Part shown: positions 9,161 through 19,929 of the stretch, piece by piece
Numbering within the stretch: the stretch's first letter is position 1
Layout of the letters: every line of letters starts with the position of its first letter
Assembly (NCBI GenBank): GCA_014728085.1
Contig: WJMF01000230.1
Coordinates: forward strand, 5,276-69,275
Direction: 5' to 3'
Length of the DNA: 64,000 nt
From: Candidatus Zhuqueibacterota bacterium
GTDB taxonomy: Bacteria > Zhuqueibacterota > Zhuqueibacteria > Residuimicrobiales > Oceaniaggregativiventaceae
The notes under the pieces: generated by a model
The model's database searches: none
The model's input: only the letters and a program-made list of their open reading frames with translations
What the model was told of the DNA's origin: nothing
Made by a program: the position numbers and the translations under genes

Positions 9161-11728
9161 TCAATTATCGAGGGGTACATAGTGATAATCATCTGTTGAA
9201 TTGAGAAACGATTTCAGTTGATTCATGATTTCTTTCTGGTCGCCGATTGCGGTATCGCAGACCGGCAGTGATCTCAAAAATTTTCTGCCATAACTTTTTT
9301 TCACCACCCGGCTATCGAAAATCACAACGGTACCGCGGTCGGTACGGCTTCTGATCAGGCGTCCAAATCCCTGTTTGAGTTTGATGACGGCGATAGGTAC
9401 GGCATACTCCATAAAGGCGTTGCCGCCGGCTTTTTCAATGGCTTCGTATCGTGCTTCGATGATAGGTTCATTGGGCACCTTAAAGGGCAGACGGGTGATC
9501 ATCACATTTTCCAGCGCCTCGCCGACGACATCGACGCCTTCCCAAAAGCTGTCTGTTGCGAAAAGCACGGAATCTTTGTCGCGGCGAAAGCGATTGAGCA
9601 GTTCATGCCTGTTCATGGTTCCCTGTTTGAGGGTGGTAATCCCCATGCTTTCCAGGGTGCCGCTGATTTGCTGAAAGATTTTATTGAGCAGACCATAGGA
9701 GGTGAAGAGTATAAAGGCTTTTCCTTCTGTTGTGGCAAGTATCTCCAACATGCTTTTCGACAACTGCCCGGCAAAATCAGAGTGATTGGGTGCGGGCAGT
9801 TCAGTCGGTATAATGAGCAGAACCTGTTTTTCAAATTCGAAGGGGGATTCCAGAATATGGCTGTTTACCCGATCCGAAGGCAGCAGCGATAATCCCACCC
9901 GTTTTTTCAAAAAGGTAAACTCCTGATCCACTGCCAGCGTCGCTGATGTCATAATCACGCTGTTGTAACTCTCGTAGACGGCCTCTGCCATGGTTTGTGA
10001 AATATCGAGTGGTGAGGTGGCAAAGCGGACGATATCATTGCCATATCTGGAGATTCGGGTTTCGATCCAGCGAACGTTTTGATCGTCGTCCTGAAACAGT
10101 ACATCTTCAATTGTGGCGGCGGCCAGGAGCAGACGCTCCGCCTGCGCTTCGATCTCGAGTATCAGAGAAGACCAGTCCGCTTTTATCTGGCGCTGGCAAT
10201 TTTTTATCCAGTCGATCAGTTCATGGATTTTGGAGGCAAAGGATTTTAATGATTGTAAATAATCACGCATATCATCGCCCAGCGGGGAATGATGAAAGAG
10301 CTTTTGGGAAATCTCCGGGCTGAGGCGGGTTTTGAGCTCGTATTGGTTGTTCTCGACGGAGAGAGTTTTCATGGTTTCGAAAACAATTTCCATGACCTGG
10401 TCGGTGCGTTGATTGAGATGTAATAGCTCTTTTACGAGGTGATGGGAGAGATGATTCTGGATTTTGTTGACCAGATCCGGTGTCAGGTTGTGTGATTCTT
10501 TATCCAGCCTTCTTTTCAGGCTTGGTAGTAAACCAAGAATGCGGTTTTTCTTCTGGCGTTGCAATCTCGACAGTATTCGCAGGATGCCGGCACGGGTGAT
10601 GCGGCCGCCGAAATAGTGAGAGGCTACATCTTCCAGGTGGTGGGCTTCATCGAAGATAATTCGTTGATAAGGGGGTAAAACGGCAACGTCGCCGGCGGTT
10701 CCGATATGGTGACGCAGGGCCAGGTCAGCGAAGAGGAGATGATGGTTGACCACAAGAATCTGAGCTTGAGAAGCGCGTCTTCTTGCTTTATTGACGAAAC
10801 ACTCTCTAAAATGGGGGCACTTGGCTCTGCTGCAGGTATCGCTTTCGGAAGCGATTTTTTCCCACAGGTCCTGATCGGGTATGAACGATAGGTCGGATTT
10901 GCTGCCGTCGCTGGAATTTTTCGCCCATTTTATCAGGGTTTGGAGCTCTTCTTTTTCACTTTCATCGAACTGGAAAAAATCATTTTCAATGTCATCGATC
11001 TTGCGCAAACAGACATAGTTTCGTCTTCCCTTTACCAGCACGGCCTGAAATTCTTTCTTGATGACATTTTTCAAAAAGGGCAGATCTTTTTTGATCAGCT
11101 GTTCCTGCAGATTGATGGTATTGGTCGATACGACGATCCGTTCTTTGTTTTCCAGGGCCCAGTGAATGGCCGGCAGTAGATAGGCCAGTGTTTTACCGGT
11201 ACCGGTACCGGCTTCGATGACGGTAATCTTGTCTTCATTAAATGCGGCACAGACATAGTCGATCATCAGTCGCTGTTCCCGGCGGTCTTCGAAACCCGCA
11301 AGTTTTTTCCGCACAGGTCCGTCTTCAAGCAGGTAGGCTTTGATCCTCCCGGCATCGAGATGTTTGGTTTCTTTTTTGCCAAAGGGTTCGATCACGGCGT
11401 AGATATCATCGACCGGGTTGTTGACGATATAGAAGGCCACCTGAAACCCATCGAGATAGCCGGCAATATTGAGATCGGCCTCGGAAGGCGCCAATTTGCC
11501 GCCGGGGTGGTTATGGATAACGACATCGCTATCCTGGGCCATCTCTGTCACCGCAGGGACGGCGGTTTTATGTCCACGGGCAATAACCTCGACGCGATTG
11601 ACGATGAGATCGTCATCGGTATAGCCGATAAAAAAGACCTCGTTATCCAGAGCCTCCTCGATCGATTGCCGTATCGCTTTGATGGCATCGGCCGACAAAT
11701 ATTTAAAAATTTTTTCAGGGTTACTCAT
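9161..11728 (-). CDS. dinG: DinG/YoaA-family Fe-S helicase with N-terminal JAB/MPN (RadC-like) domain
   Basis: Helicase motifs EAGTGTGKT, DEAH, SAT, FWEGVD and QGFGRLIR; Fe-S cysteines (C..C.RAKC.HFREC); N-terminal E...HNHPGGKLAPSEAD. Confidence 0.9.
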   Translation of the reverse strand: MSNPEKIFKYLSADAIKAIRQSIEEALDNEVFFIGYTDDDLIVNRVEVIARGHKTAVPAVTEMAQDSDVVIHNHPGGKLAPSEADLNIAGYLDGFQVAFYIVNNPVDDIYAVIEPFGKKETKHLDAGRIKAYLLEDGPVRKKLAGFEDRREQRLMIDYVCAAFNEDKITVIEAGTGTGKTLAYLLPAIHWALENKERIVVSTNTINLQEQLIKKDLPFLKNVIKKEFQAVLVKGRRNYVCLRKIDDIENDFFQFDESEKEELQTLIKWAKNSSDGSKSDLSFIPDQDLWEKIASESDTCSRAKCPHFRECFVNKARRRASQAQILVVNHHLLFADLALRHHIGTAGDVAVLPPYQRIIFDEAHHLEDVASHYFGGRITRAGILRILSRLQRQKKNRILGLLPSLKRRLDKESHNLTPDLVNKIQNHLSHHLVKELLHLNQRTDQVMEIVFETMKTLSVENNQYELKTRLSPEISQKLFHHSPLGDDMRDYLQSLKSFASKIHELIDWIKNCQRQIKADWSSLILEIEAQAERLLLAAATIEDVLFQDDDQNVRWIETRISRYGNDIVRFATSPLDISQTMAEAVYESYNSVIMTSATLAVDQEFTFLKKRVGLSLLPSDRVNSHILESPFEFEKQVLLIIPTELPAPNHSDFAGQLSKSMLEILATTEGKAFILFTSYGLLNKIFQQISGTLESMGITTLKQGTMNRHELLNRFRRDKDSVLFATDSFWEGVDVVGEALENVMITRLPFKVPNEPIIEARYEAIEKAGGNAFMEYAVPIAVIKLKQGFGRLIRSRTDRGTVVIFDSRVVKKSYGRKFLRSLPVCDTAIGDQKEIMNQLKSFLNSTDDYHYVPLDN

Positions 11729-11740
11729 ACAGATCGTCAG

Positions 11741-12706
11741 TTATAAGAAGGATAATTGTATTGTATCCGTTAGCAGTTGGGCATCAAAGCCCATCTCCCT
11801 TAAATAAGCTGGAAATTGTTCGAATCCATGGGTGGTAAAAATTTTTTGAGCACCGGAGCGTTTGATAAATGAAATCAGGTCATCAAAATCGGCGTGATCG
11901 CTAAGGGGAATTTGATGGTCACACTGAAAAAATGAATTGCCCTGTTTTGCCCAGCCGCTCAGGAGAACGGAACGCTTGTTTGGAATGCGGTAGTATTCCG
12001 GTTTTCTGCTCAGATGCGGCGGGTAGAGCAGTACGTCAAAATTCGATAGTGCTGTATCCTGAGACCATCGTTCGCATTGCGGAAATGTGATGCCAAACTC
12101 TTCATAGATTCCGGCGAATCTCCATATCGCGGGATGAACAGCCACCCGGTACCCTTTGTCCGAGAGTATTTTCATCGCTTCCTGCCCTTTGCCCAGGCTG
12201 TAGGCCAGAACGACGGGAACCTTTTTCCGGGTTATGGTATCCTGAATAAAGTCTTCAAGTGCGCTGACGAGAGTATCCAGTGCGGGAAAGTAGCGGTAAT
12301 CCGGATGGCCAAAGGTGGATTCGATGATCAGAATATCTGTTTTTGGAATCTGAATTTTTTCAGCGGTAAGGCTGGTTTTTATTTTGAAATCGCCGGTGTA
12401 GAGCAGTGACAGATCATTGCAGGTGATGTGAATCATGGCTGAACCGAGAATATGGCCTGCCGGATACAGTTTTATTTCCAGATCGTGATAAAAATAGGCA
12501 GTGGAATACTCCAGCTCGACCGCTTTTTGCTGTTTTGCCCGCATGGCATGAAAACGAACGGTTGGCGGTGTTGCCAGAATGGTCTTGTGATTTTTTAAAT
12601 GATCGGCATGGCCATGGCTGACAAAACTAAAGTCAACTTTTCTCCTGGCATCCAGCCAAAAGTTATGTTGTTTAATTTTTATGCCTCTCTCTTCAAGAAC
12701 GATCAT
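11741..12706 (-). CDS. Metallo-beta-lactamase/beta-CASP nuclease (DNA-damage exonuclease-like)
   Basis: SHGHADH, PAGHILGS, YTGDF, IIESTFG, YSLGKGQE, SDHADF and THG motifs. Confidence 0.85.
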   Translation of the reverse strand: MIVLEERGIKIKQHNFWLDARRKVDFSFVSHGHADHLKNHKTILATPPTVRFHAMRAKQQKAVELEYSTAYFYHDLEIKLYPAGHILGSAMIHITCNDLSLLYTGDFKIKTSLTAEKIQIPKTDILIIESTFGHPDYRYFPALDTLVSALEDFIQDTITRKKVPVVLAYSLGKGQEAMKILSDKGYRVAVHPAIWRFAGIYEEFGITFPQCERWSQDTALSNFDVLLYPPHLSRKPEYYRIPNKRSVLLSGWAKQGNSFFQCDHQIPLSDHADFDDLISFIKRSGAQKIFTTHGFEQFPAYLREMGFDAQLLTDTIQLSFL

Positions 12707-13280
12707 GACTGTTTTTCCGTACCTTTTCGATAAAGTATTGATGAATGCAGCTATCCGCCGTTATTTCGGGATGAAAGGTCGAGGCCATAATATGTTCATT
12801 TTCAACCATTACCGGCGATTGCTGATAGCGCCCCAGTACTTTGACCTCTTTGCCAACATCGACAATTTTGGGCGCGCGGATAAAAACACCTTCAAAGTTC
12901 AATTTTTTATGGTTCAGCTGCAGATCAACCGTATCGATAAAAGAATCGATTTGTCTGCCATAGGCATTTCGTTCCACAGTGATATCGATCAGCGACAGGG
13001 AATCCAGCCGGTTATGGACCAATCTATTGGCCAACAGTATAAGCCCTGCACAGGTTCCAAAGATGGTCTTCTGCAGGCCGAACTCGTGTACGCTTTGCCA
13101 GAGACCGTGTTTTTTCAGCAGATTCACCAGAGTTGTCGATTCGCCACCCGGGATAATCAGGCCGTCGCACTGCTGTAGATGGTTTTTATCTTTTACCAAA
13201 AGCGTGGAGCAATTCAGAGTTTCCAGCGTCTGTTGATGTTTTTCAAAGTCTCCCTGTATCGCAAGTATTCCTGTTGTCAT
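12693..13280 (-). CDS. pdxT: Pyridoxal 5'-phosphate synthase glutaminase subunit
   Basis: GILAIQGDF, PGGESTT, GTCAG, ERNAYGRQ and FHPE. Confidence 0.95.
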   Translation of the reverse strand: MTTGILAIQGDFEKHQQTLETLNCSTLLVKDKNHLQQCDGLIIPGGESTTLVNLLKKHGLWQSVHEFGLQKTIFGTCAGLILLANRLVHNRLDSLSLIDITVERNAYGRQIDSFIDTVDLQLNHKKLNFEGVFIRAPKIVDVGKEVKVLGRYQQSPVMVENEHIMASTFHPEITADSCIHQYFIEKVRKNSHDRS

Positions 13281-13299
13281 CCGTCATCATCTTTCTGCA

Positions 13300-14184
13300 T
13301 TACCAGCCTCTTCCGGCTAGTCGTTCTTCTTCCGATAGTCTGGCGTTTTCTCTGCCCACCATCGGTTCACCCAGATTTTCCGATACTTTGGCGACAAGGT
13401 CAAAATCCATATAATGGGTGGTGGCGCTGACAATCGCTTTGGCCCGTTTTTCGGGTTCTTTCGACATAAAGATGCCGCTGCCGACAAAAACCGTTTCCGC
13501 CCCGAGCTGCATCATCAGAGAAGCATCGGCAGGAGTGGCTACCCCCCCGGCTGAAAAGTTGGGAACAGGAAGTTTACCGTTTTGTTGTATATACTTTAAG
13601 ATTTCGAGCGAGGTTCCGAGGCTTTTCGCTTCGGCGATCAATTCGTCATCGCCCAGGCTGTGAATGCGTTTGATGCCGCTTTGAACGGCCCGCATATGTC
13701 TGACTGCTTCAACAATGTCGCCTGTTCCGGCTTCGCCTTTTGTCCGGATCAGGGCGGCTCCCTCGGCAACTCGCCTCAGGGCTTCGCCGATATTTCGACA
13801 GCCACAGACAAACGGCACTTTGAATTTTGTTTTATCGACGTGATGTTCCTCATCGGCAGGGGTCAGCACTTCGCTCTCATCGATAAAATCGACACCAAGC
13901 GCCTGAAGGAGTTGTGCTTCGGCGAAATGTCCGATGCGGCACTTGGCCATAACCGGAATGGATACTATTTTTTGAATTGCTTTGATAATCGCGGGGTCGG
14001 ACATTCTTGCCACACCGCCATCGGCGCGTATCTGGGCGGGAATGCGTTCCAGGGCCATCACGGCGACAGCACCCGCATCTTCCGCGATTTTGGCATGCTC
14101 GGGCGTGGTGACATCCATGATCACACCGCCTTTGAGCATTTCAGCCAGGCCGATTTTTAATTTCATATCTTTATCCAGCAACAT
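13300..14184 (-). CDS. pdxS: Pyridoxal 5'-phosphate synthase lyase subunit
   Basis: [29 protein letters not shown] and [11 protein letters not shown]. Start placed at 14184 behind an AGAGG RBS. Confidence 0.97.
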   Translation of the reverse strand: MLLDKDMKLKIGLAEMLKGGVIMDVTTPEHAKIAEDAGAVAVMALERIPAQIRADGGVARMSDPAIIKAIQKIVSIPVMAKCRIGHFAEAQLLQALGVDFIDESEVLTPADEEHHVDKTKFKVPFVCGCRNIGEALRRVAEGAALIRTKGEAGTGDIVEAVRHMRAVQSGIKRIHSLGDDELIAEAKSLGTSLEILKYIQQNGKLPVPNFSAGGVATPADASLMMQLGAETVFVGSGIFMSKEPEKRAKAIVSATTHYMDFDLVAKVSENLGEPMVGRENARLSEEERLAGRGW

Positions 14185-14468
14185 AAGAACCCTCTTTTTT
14201 GGTTGATGGTCACATGACACGGAGGTGTCCAACCTGTAACCATACAGGATGTTTCAATTTATCAATTTAGTAACCGCCAACAACGTCAAGAGCCAAAAAA
14301 AAGAAACGATTCTGTTTTGGTACTGATCTGAAAAACAGCGAAGCTTAACTTGCATCAACGTTGTTGTAAACACGATCGTGGTTTTAGATGCAACATGAAC
14401 GGTCGAACATTAATTTTATAAAAATTTTTGGTAAAATTCAATATAAAAGAAATCAGAGCTGTAAAGGA

Positions 14469-16526
14469 TTAATGCAGGAGAAGGATTTTTTGTTGTTTTT
14501 TATCATCTCCGGTTTTTATCTGCAAAACATACACCCCTGCAGGCTGGAAGGAGAGGTTGAAATTGAGGCGATATCGGCCGGCCTGCTGCGTATCCCGAAG
14601 CACCGGTAGTTTCTGCAGAGCGGTGTTCATCAGCGTAATCTCTACATTCGACGCTAACGGCAGGTTGTACTCGATATAAAAACAGGGTTCCAGAGAGAGT
14701 CGTGGTGCCTGCAGAAGGAAATAGTTCGCGGCTTTGCCGTTTTGCTCAATCAGCTCGACCACGGGGTGGGAGATGATGCGCATGCAGGGCGATCGCGGAT
14801 AGCGGCTTTTGCTGATGCGGCCCTGAAGGGCGCTGGTGAGATAGTTTACGCAAGCTTGTTGGTAGGTTATACCCAATGAAATATGATATGATCCCTGAAA
14901 TGGAAATTGGTCTCCTCCTCTGGCAACGAAATCGATGCCGGCGATGTCAACCGGGGGCGCTTTGTCTACGACCTTGCCGTTTCTGATAATATAGATACCA
15001 TTGTCCAGAGCCGCATCTATAATGCGGTTACCCGCGCACAGGATATTGCCCTCGCGGTCCAGTTTTTGTGCCGGGTTATTGGGATTCCACACCATCCGGA
15101 ATCCCGAAATCTGCAAAAATCGGCCCGCCGGCCTCGAAATTTTGGATACGGCGTTTTCGAGAACGTTCTTGAACTGTTGCGGGGAGATATTCGGGATGAT
15201 GGTGACAAAGCTGGGATAGGGCAACAGTGCAAAGGTACTGAGTTCGGAAACCGGTCCTGCTGGTATGAGCTGATCGCCGCGAATGCTGCCTGCCGATTGA
15301 ATGGCTATCGCGGGCAGGGGGGCATTGTATTGCACTGCGCTCTGGCGCGCCTGCCACAACAGGGCATCAGCAATCAGATTTCCCAAATTGGTTTCCCTGG
15401 TCCTTAAATTGCAGCGACGACCGTCCAGTTGGATTTCCGATTCGGCAATGATGTTGTGTGCCTGGGCGGTAAGGGTATTCCTTATTGGTTTGGTGACCAG
15501 GCGGGTAATCAGGGAATCGGCTTTAACCCCGTCCGGGAAACAAGGAGAGACAACGCGAAGAGGGCCACTTTCGGGATCGACGGTCGTAATGTTGCCGCTG
15601 GTATCAAAAGTAACTTTCAATTGGCCTACATATCTGTAACCGCCGGATGTTGTTACGATACAGACATTGTCGCCGCGTTTATCCTTTGCGACCAAAGGAT
15701 AGGGCCCGTAGATTTTTTTATCGTCACCGGGAATGAGGCTGCTCTTTGGATTGATCAGTAATTCGTCGCCGCCACCGGCAATCATAATATCAATGCCGGA
15801 TAACCGGGTGGCCAGCAACGAGTCTTCTGAAATGCTCTGCAGGTGACTGATCAGGATAATTTTATTGATGCCTTTTTTATTGAATTTTTTTATTTCGTTT
15901 TCGATGAGCGGCACCAGATGACAATTTACCCGTACATTTCTCGGGCTGGAAATATCTGCGAGTCCGGGTGTTATAGCGCCGATAACACCGATACGGTGAT
16001 GATCGCGTTGCAGCACGGTACTTTTTGTGATCAGGTTTTTTTTTTCCAGTCTGAAGAGAGCGGGTTCGTTGCTGACGTCGATATTCACGCACAGGAACGG
16101 CGCTGTTGTTCGGGAAAAACTGCCGATAAAGCGGGCAAGAACATCGGGGCCAAAATCAAAATCGTGATTGCCCAGACAAAAGGCATCATAGCCGATCAAG
16201 TCCAGAGCCACGGCGTCGTAAAACGGTTGATGCGGCGGTCGTTGCAAACTGGCATTGAACACGGGACCGGCGAGAAAATTATCCCCTGATGAGAGCAGCA
16301 CGACGCTGCGATCATCCTTTTCAGCCACGGCTTTGAGGGAATCCACCAGTGTTTTCAGACGGGCGATGCCGCCAAAATCTTCTCCATCGGGATAGCTTTG
16401 CAATAAATGGGATTCTCCGTCATTGCTGTGCAGGAGGGTCAGCTTAAATTCTTCCCGGGCGTGAACGTCGTGAGTCGCGACAAAAAAACAGGTTACAAGC
16501 AAGAGCGTGAAGAGTAAAATTTTCAT
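14469..16526 (-). CDS. Secreted 5'-nucleotidase/metallophosphatase (PhoA-like N-domain) with C-terminal sorting-type domain
   Basis: Signal peptide; LLHSNDGES, GDNF, GNHDFDFG, RETNLGNLIADA and ARGGDQF; C-terminal YNLP...GVYVLQI. Confidence 0.85.
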   Translation of the reverse strand: MKILLFTLLLVTCFFVATHDVHAREEFKLTLLHSNDGESHLLQSYPDGEDFGGIARLKTLVDSLKAVAEKDDRSVVLLSSGDNFLAGPVFNASLQRPPHQPFYDAVALDLIGYDAFCLGNHDFDFGPDVLARFIGSFSRTTAPFLCVNIDVSNEPALFRLEKKNLITKSTVLQRDHHRIGVIGAITPGLADISSPRNVRVNCHLVPLIENEIKKFNKKGINKIILISHLQSISEDSLLATRLSGIDIMIAGGGDELLINPKSSLIPGDDKKIYGPYPLVAKDKRGDNVCIVTTSGGYRYVGQLKVTFDTSGNITTVDPESGPLRVVSPCFPDGVKADSLITRLVTKPIRNTLTAQAHNIIAESEIQLDGRRCNLRTRETNLGNLIADALLWQARQSAVQYNAPLPAIAIQSAGSIRGDQLIPAGPVSELSTFALLPYPSFVTIIPNISPQQFKNVLENAVSKISRPAGRFLQISGFRMVWNPNNPAQKLDREGNILCAGNRIIDAALDNGIYIIRNGKVVDKAPPVDIAGIDFVARGGDQFPFQGSYHISLGITYQQACVNYLTSALQGRISKSRYPRSPCMRIISHPVVELIEQNGKAANYFLLQAPRLSLEPCFYIEYNLPLASNVEITLMNTALQKLPVLRDTQQAGRYRLNFNLSFQPAGVYVLQIKTGDDKKQQKILLLH

Positions 16527-16567
16527 AATTGCAAAAGGTCAGTGTCGGTTGGTTTGATGGCATTTAA

Positions 16568-18766
16568 TCAGTAGCGGATTCGACGTTTTTTGTTTCTATA
16601 GGCATCCTGAGGGTCGCGGTCTCTTTTGCCCGTATGCAAATCGCACTGTTCTGTTGGTTGATAGCGAACATCAAAAATTTCGGTTATAATATTGGGACAG
16701 TATTCTGTTGCCAGCTTTTTGGTTTGATCACAGATTTCGAGTTCAACGATGCCGTCAGGCCTTTTAAAATCCTCGATGGGCAGTTGCAGGGTATCGTGTG
16801 CGGTTTTCATAAATGTTGCTGCAATGGGCAGAGCCGCAATAGCACCGGATTGTCCGTCGCCAAGGGAGAGGGCATAATCGTCCAAGCCCACCCAGACACC
16901 GGCGACGATTTGCGGCGTAAAGGTCACATACCAGGCGTCGGTAAAATCATTGGTGGTGCCGGTTTTACCGCCGGCGGGGCGCAGAAACTGATAAACCGAA
17001 CGTGAAGCGGCACCCGTGCCGCGGGAGGCAACGGTTTGCAGCATGTTGGTCATAATATAAGCGGTCTCTTCGCGCAAGACGCCTTTGCTTTGTGGCTTGG
17101 TTTTTTCAAGAAGATTTCCATATTTATCTTCTACCTGCAGCACCGAAGTCGGTTTTACCAGAACGCCATGATTGGGAAAAACGCTAAAGGCGGAAATCAT
17201 TTCAAGGGGGATAACACCGATAGCTCCAAGAGCAATAGCGTCGACAGCTTCGAGTGGTGTGGTTATGCCCAAATTCCGCGCATATCGAACCACCTGTTCC
17301 GGCGGTACGTCCTCCTGTACAAGCCTTGCCGATACCAGGTTGAGCGATCTTCTCAGTGCTTCCCGCAGAGTTGTTTTGCCGCCGATTGAGCCATCATAAT
17401 TTACCGGTGTCCAGCGCGTTCCGTCCATCATCTGTACCACGATAGGTTGATTCAGCTTTTCATGACTCGGCATGTAGCCGTTATCGATTGCCGCGGTATA
17501 AACGATGGGTTTAAACACGGAACCGGGTTGCCGTCTGATCTGGATGGCGCGATTAAACTGGCTTTCGGTAAAATCTCTGCCTCCGATCATGGCGAGCATC
17601 TGTCCGTTTTGAGCATCGAGTGCAATCAGGGCTATTTGGACGATGCATTTTTTTTCGATCAAAGAGTCGACATAGGCTTTATCTGCAAAGAGCTGTTCAA
17701 GTGTTCTATCTTCCAGGTCCGCTTCCGGTATAATTTCTTTAAAATTTTTACGTCTTTGCATATAGGCTTTGACGCGTTCCTGTACTTTTGGAAGAAATTT
17801 ATTCACAGCTTGTTCCGCAGCGGTCTGTGCGCGGCTATCCAGAGTGGTATAAACTTTCATACCGCCTTTATAGAGATTCCAACCGTAATTTTTCTGCAAA
17901 TTTTGACGGATATATTCGGTAAAATAGGGGGCAATGCCCAGGGTGCTGCGTTGTTCTTTCGGTAAAAGATTCAGGCCACTGTCCACCGCTCTGTTGAAAT
18001 CGTCTTTGGTGATAAATCCTTCTGCCAGCATACGCGACAATACAACATTTCTTCGTGCAATCGCCCGTTCCGGATATTTGTATGGATTTAAAAGCGCCGG
18101 TGTTTGCAGCATACCGGTCAGGAGGGCGCACTCGTCCAGAGTCAATTCCTGCACCTTTTTGCCGAAAAAATGGCGGGCAGCGGATTCGACGCCATAGGTG
18201 CCATGTCCGAAGGACATGTGATTCATATACATCTCGAGGATTTCCGGTTTGGTGTAGGTGCGCTCGAGCTGAATAGCGGTTATGATTTCCCGGATTTTAC
18301 GGGTAATTTTTTTCTCCAGAGTGAGATAGAGCTGTCTTGCCAGCTGTTGCGTCAGGGTACTGGCACCCTGTTGTTTGCTCAGAGTGAGAATATCGGTAAT
18401 AACCACTTTAACAAAGCGAACCGGTACAAATCCCCAATGGTCAAAAAAGCGGTGATCTTCGGTTGCCAGAACCGCATTGACGAGCGTGTCCGGAATTTGG
18501 GAAAGCGGTATATAAAAACGTCGTTCGGTAAAAAACTCCTTGATCAGGACGCCATCGGCGGAATAGACCTTTGTGGCCAGTTCCGGGGTATAGTTTTCCA
18601 GTTGATCGAAAGAGGGCAAATCTTTGCTCAACCAGGCGACCCACATGAGCACCAGCGTACAGAAGAGAGTAAAAAGGGTAAGAAACCTGCGCCGCCAGTT
18701 TGCCCAAAAAAAGTCTTTAATTTTCGTCTTTTTTTTCACTTCCACAGGAGTATGTTTTAGAGTCAT
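16568..18766 (-). CDS. mrcA: Penicillin-binding protein 1A (bifunctional transglycosylase/transpeptidase)
   Basis: EDHRFFDH, GASTLTQQLAR, RKIRE, SVFK, SLN and KTG. Confidence 0.93.
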   Translation of the reverse strand: MTLKHTPVEVKKKTKIKDFFWANWRRRFLTLFTLFCTLVLMWVAWLSKDLPSFDQLENYTPELATKVYSADGVLIKEFFTERRFYIPLSQIPDTLVNAVLATEDHRFFDHWGFVPVRFVKVVITDILTLSKQQGASTLTQQLARQLYLTLEKKITRKIREIITAIQLERTYTKPEILEMYMNHMSFGHGTYGVESAARHFFGKKVQELTLDECALLTGMLQTPALLNPYKYPERAIARRNVVLSRMLAEGFITKDDFNRAVDSGLNLLPKEQRSTLGIAPYFTEYIRQNLQKNYGWNLYKGGMKVYTTLDSRAQTAAEQAVNKFLPKVQERVKAYMQRRKNFKEIIPEADLEDRTLEQLFADKAYVDSLIEKKCIVQIALIALDAQNGQMLAMIGGRDFTESQFNRAIQIRRQPGSVFKPIVYTAAIDNGYMPSHEKLNQPIVVQMMDGTRWTPVNYDGSIGGKTTLREALRRSLNLVSARLVQEDVPPEQVVRYARNLGITTPLEAVDAIALGAIGVIPLEMISAFSVFPNHGVLVKPTSVLQVEDKYGNLLEKTKPQSKGVLREETAYIMTNMLQTVASRGTGAASRSVYQFLRPAGGKTGTTNDFTDAWYVTFTPQIVAGVWVGLDDYALSLGDGQSGAIAALPIAATFMKTAHDTLQLPIEDFKRPDGIVELEICDQTKKLATEYCPNIITEIFDVRYQPTEQCDLHTGKRDRDPQDAYRNKKRRIRY

Positions 18767-18826
18767 TTCTATGTCAGTCCTGAATTTTTATTATCGAATA
18801 CGCCTGTTGCGAAAAATAGTTCCGCA

Positions 18827-19858
18827 CTAATATTTTTTGATATGAGAGAGGACTTTGCGATATTTGTTCAGATCTTCGAGTACCATGCCGGTTCCTCTGA
18901 CGACGGCCAAAAGCGGCTCTTCTGCCAGGATAACCGGCAGGTTGGTCTCCTGTCGCAACCGTTCGTCTATACCCTTTAGCAGGGCACCTCCGCCGGTCAG
19001 CAGAATACCGCGGTCCAGAATGTCGGCCGAGAGTTCGGGAGGCGTCATTTCCAGGCACATTTTTACCGATTCGACCATGGACTGGACAGTTTCCGCCAGA
19101 GCGTCCTGTACCTGTTTTGAGGAGATATTAACGGTTTTGGGTATTCCGGCGACCAAATCTCTTCCCTTTACCACCATGGTACCTTTATCTTCATAGGGTG
19201 CTGCCGAGCCGAGCTGACATTTGATTTGTTCGGCGGTGATGTTGCCGATGAGCAAATTAAACTGTTTTTTGAAAAACTGGATAATGGATTCATTCATTTC
19301 ATCGCCACCAATCCGGATCGAGATGGAATTGACGATGCCATACATGGCGATGACGGCGATTTCGGTGGTACCGCCACCGATATCGATAATCATGCTACCG
19401 ACCGGTTTTTGAATCGGCAATCCCAGCCCGATGGCAGCTGCCATCGGTTCCTCAACCAGATAAACCTCACGGGCACCGGCGTGTTCTGCCGCATCGCGAA
19501 CCGCGCGTTTTTCCACTTCGGTGATTCCGGTCGGCACACAGATGGCTATTCTCGGGCGCGGGAAACGGCTGGGCAGGGATTTGCGAATAAAATAGCGTAT
19601 CATCTGTTCAGCAAGATCAAAGTCTGCAATAACGCCGTCCTTCAGGGGGCGAATGGTGATAATTTCGTCCGGTGTCCTGCCGACCATTTCCCTGGCTTCG
19701 CTTCCAAACGCAACGGTTTGGTGATCACTTTTGCGCAGCGCCACAACGGAAGGTTCATTGAGGACGATATCGCGTTTACAAAGATAAACCAGCGTATTGG
19801 CGGTGCCGAGGTCGATGGCGATATCATTTAAAAGAAAGGTGTGAAGATTGAATTTCAT
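18827..19858 (-). CDS. mreB: Rod shape-determining actin-like protein
   Basis: IAIDLGTANT, RPLKDGVIADF, DIGGGTTE and TGGGALL. Confidence 0.96.
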   Translation of the reverse strand: MKFNLHTFLLNDIAIDLGTANTLVYLCKRDIVLNEPSVVALRKSDHQTVAFGSEAREMVGRTPDEIITIRPLKDGVIADFDLAEQMIRYFIRKSLPSRFPRPRIAICVPTGITEVEKRAVRDAAEHAGAREVYLVEEPMAAAIGLGLPIQKPVGSMIIDIGGGTTEIAVIAMYGIVNSISIRIGGDEMNESIIQFFKKQFNLLIGNITAEQIKCQLGSAAPYEDKGTMVVKGRDLVAGIPKTVNISSKQVQDALAETVQSMVESVKMCLEMTPPELSADILDRGILLTGGGALLKGIDERLRQETNLPVILAEEPLLAVVRGTGMVLEDLNKYRKVLSHIKKY

Positions 19859-19929
19859 AGTATTACCATAAATTACTGATGATCGGGAAAGAAGGTAAAA
19901 ATATTTTATTATAAAGTCCAGTTACATTT

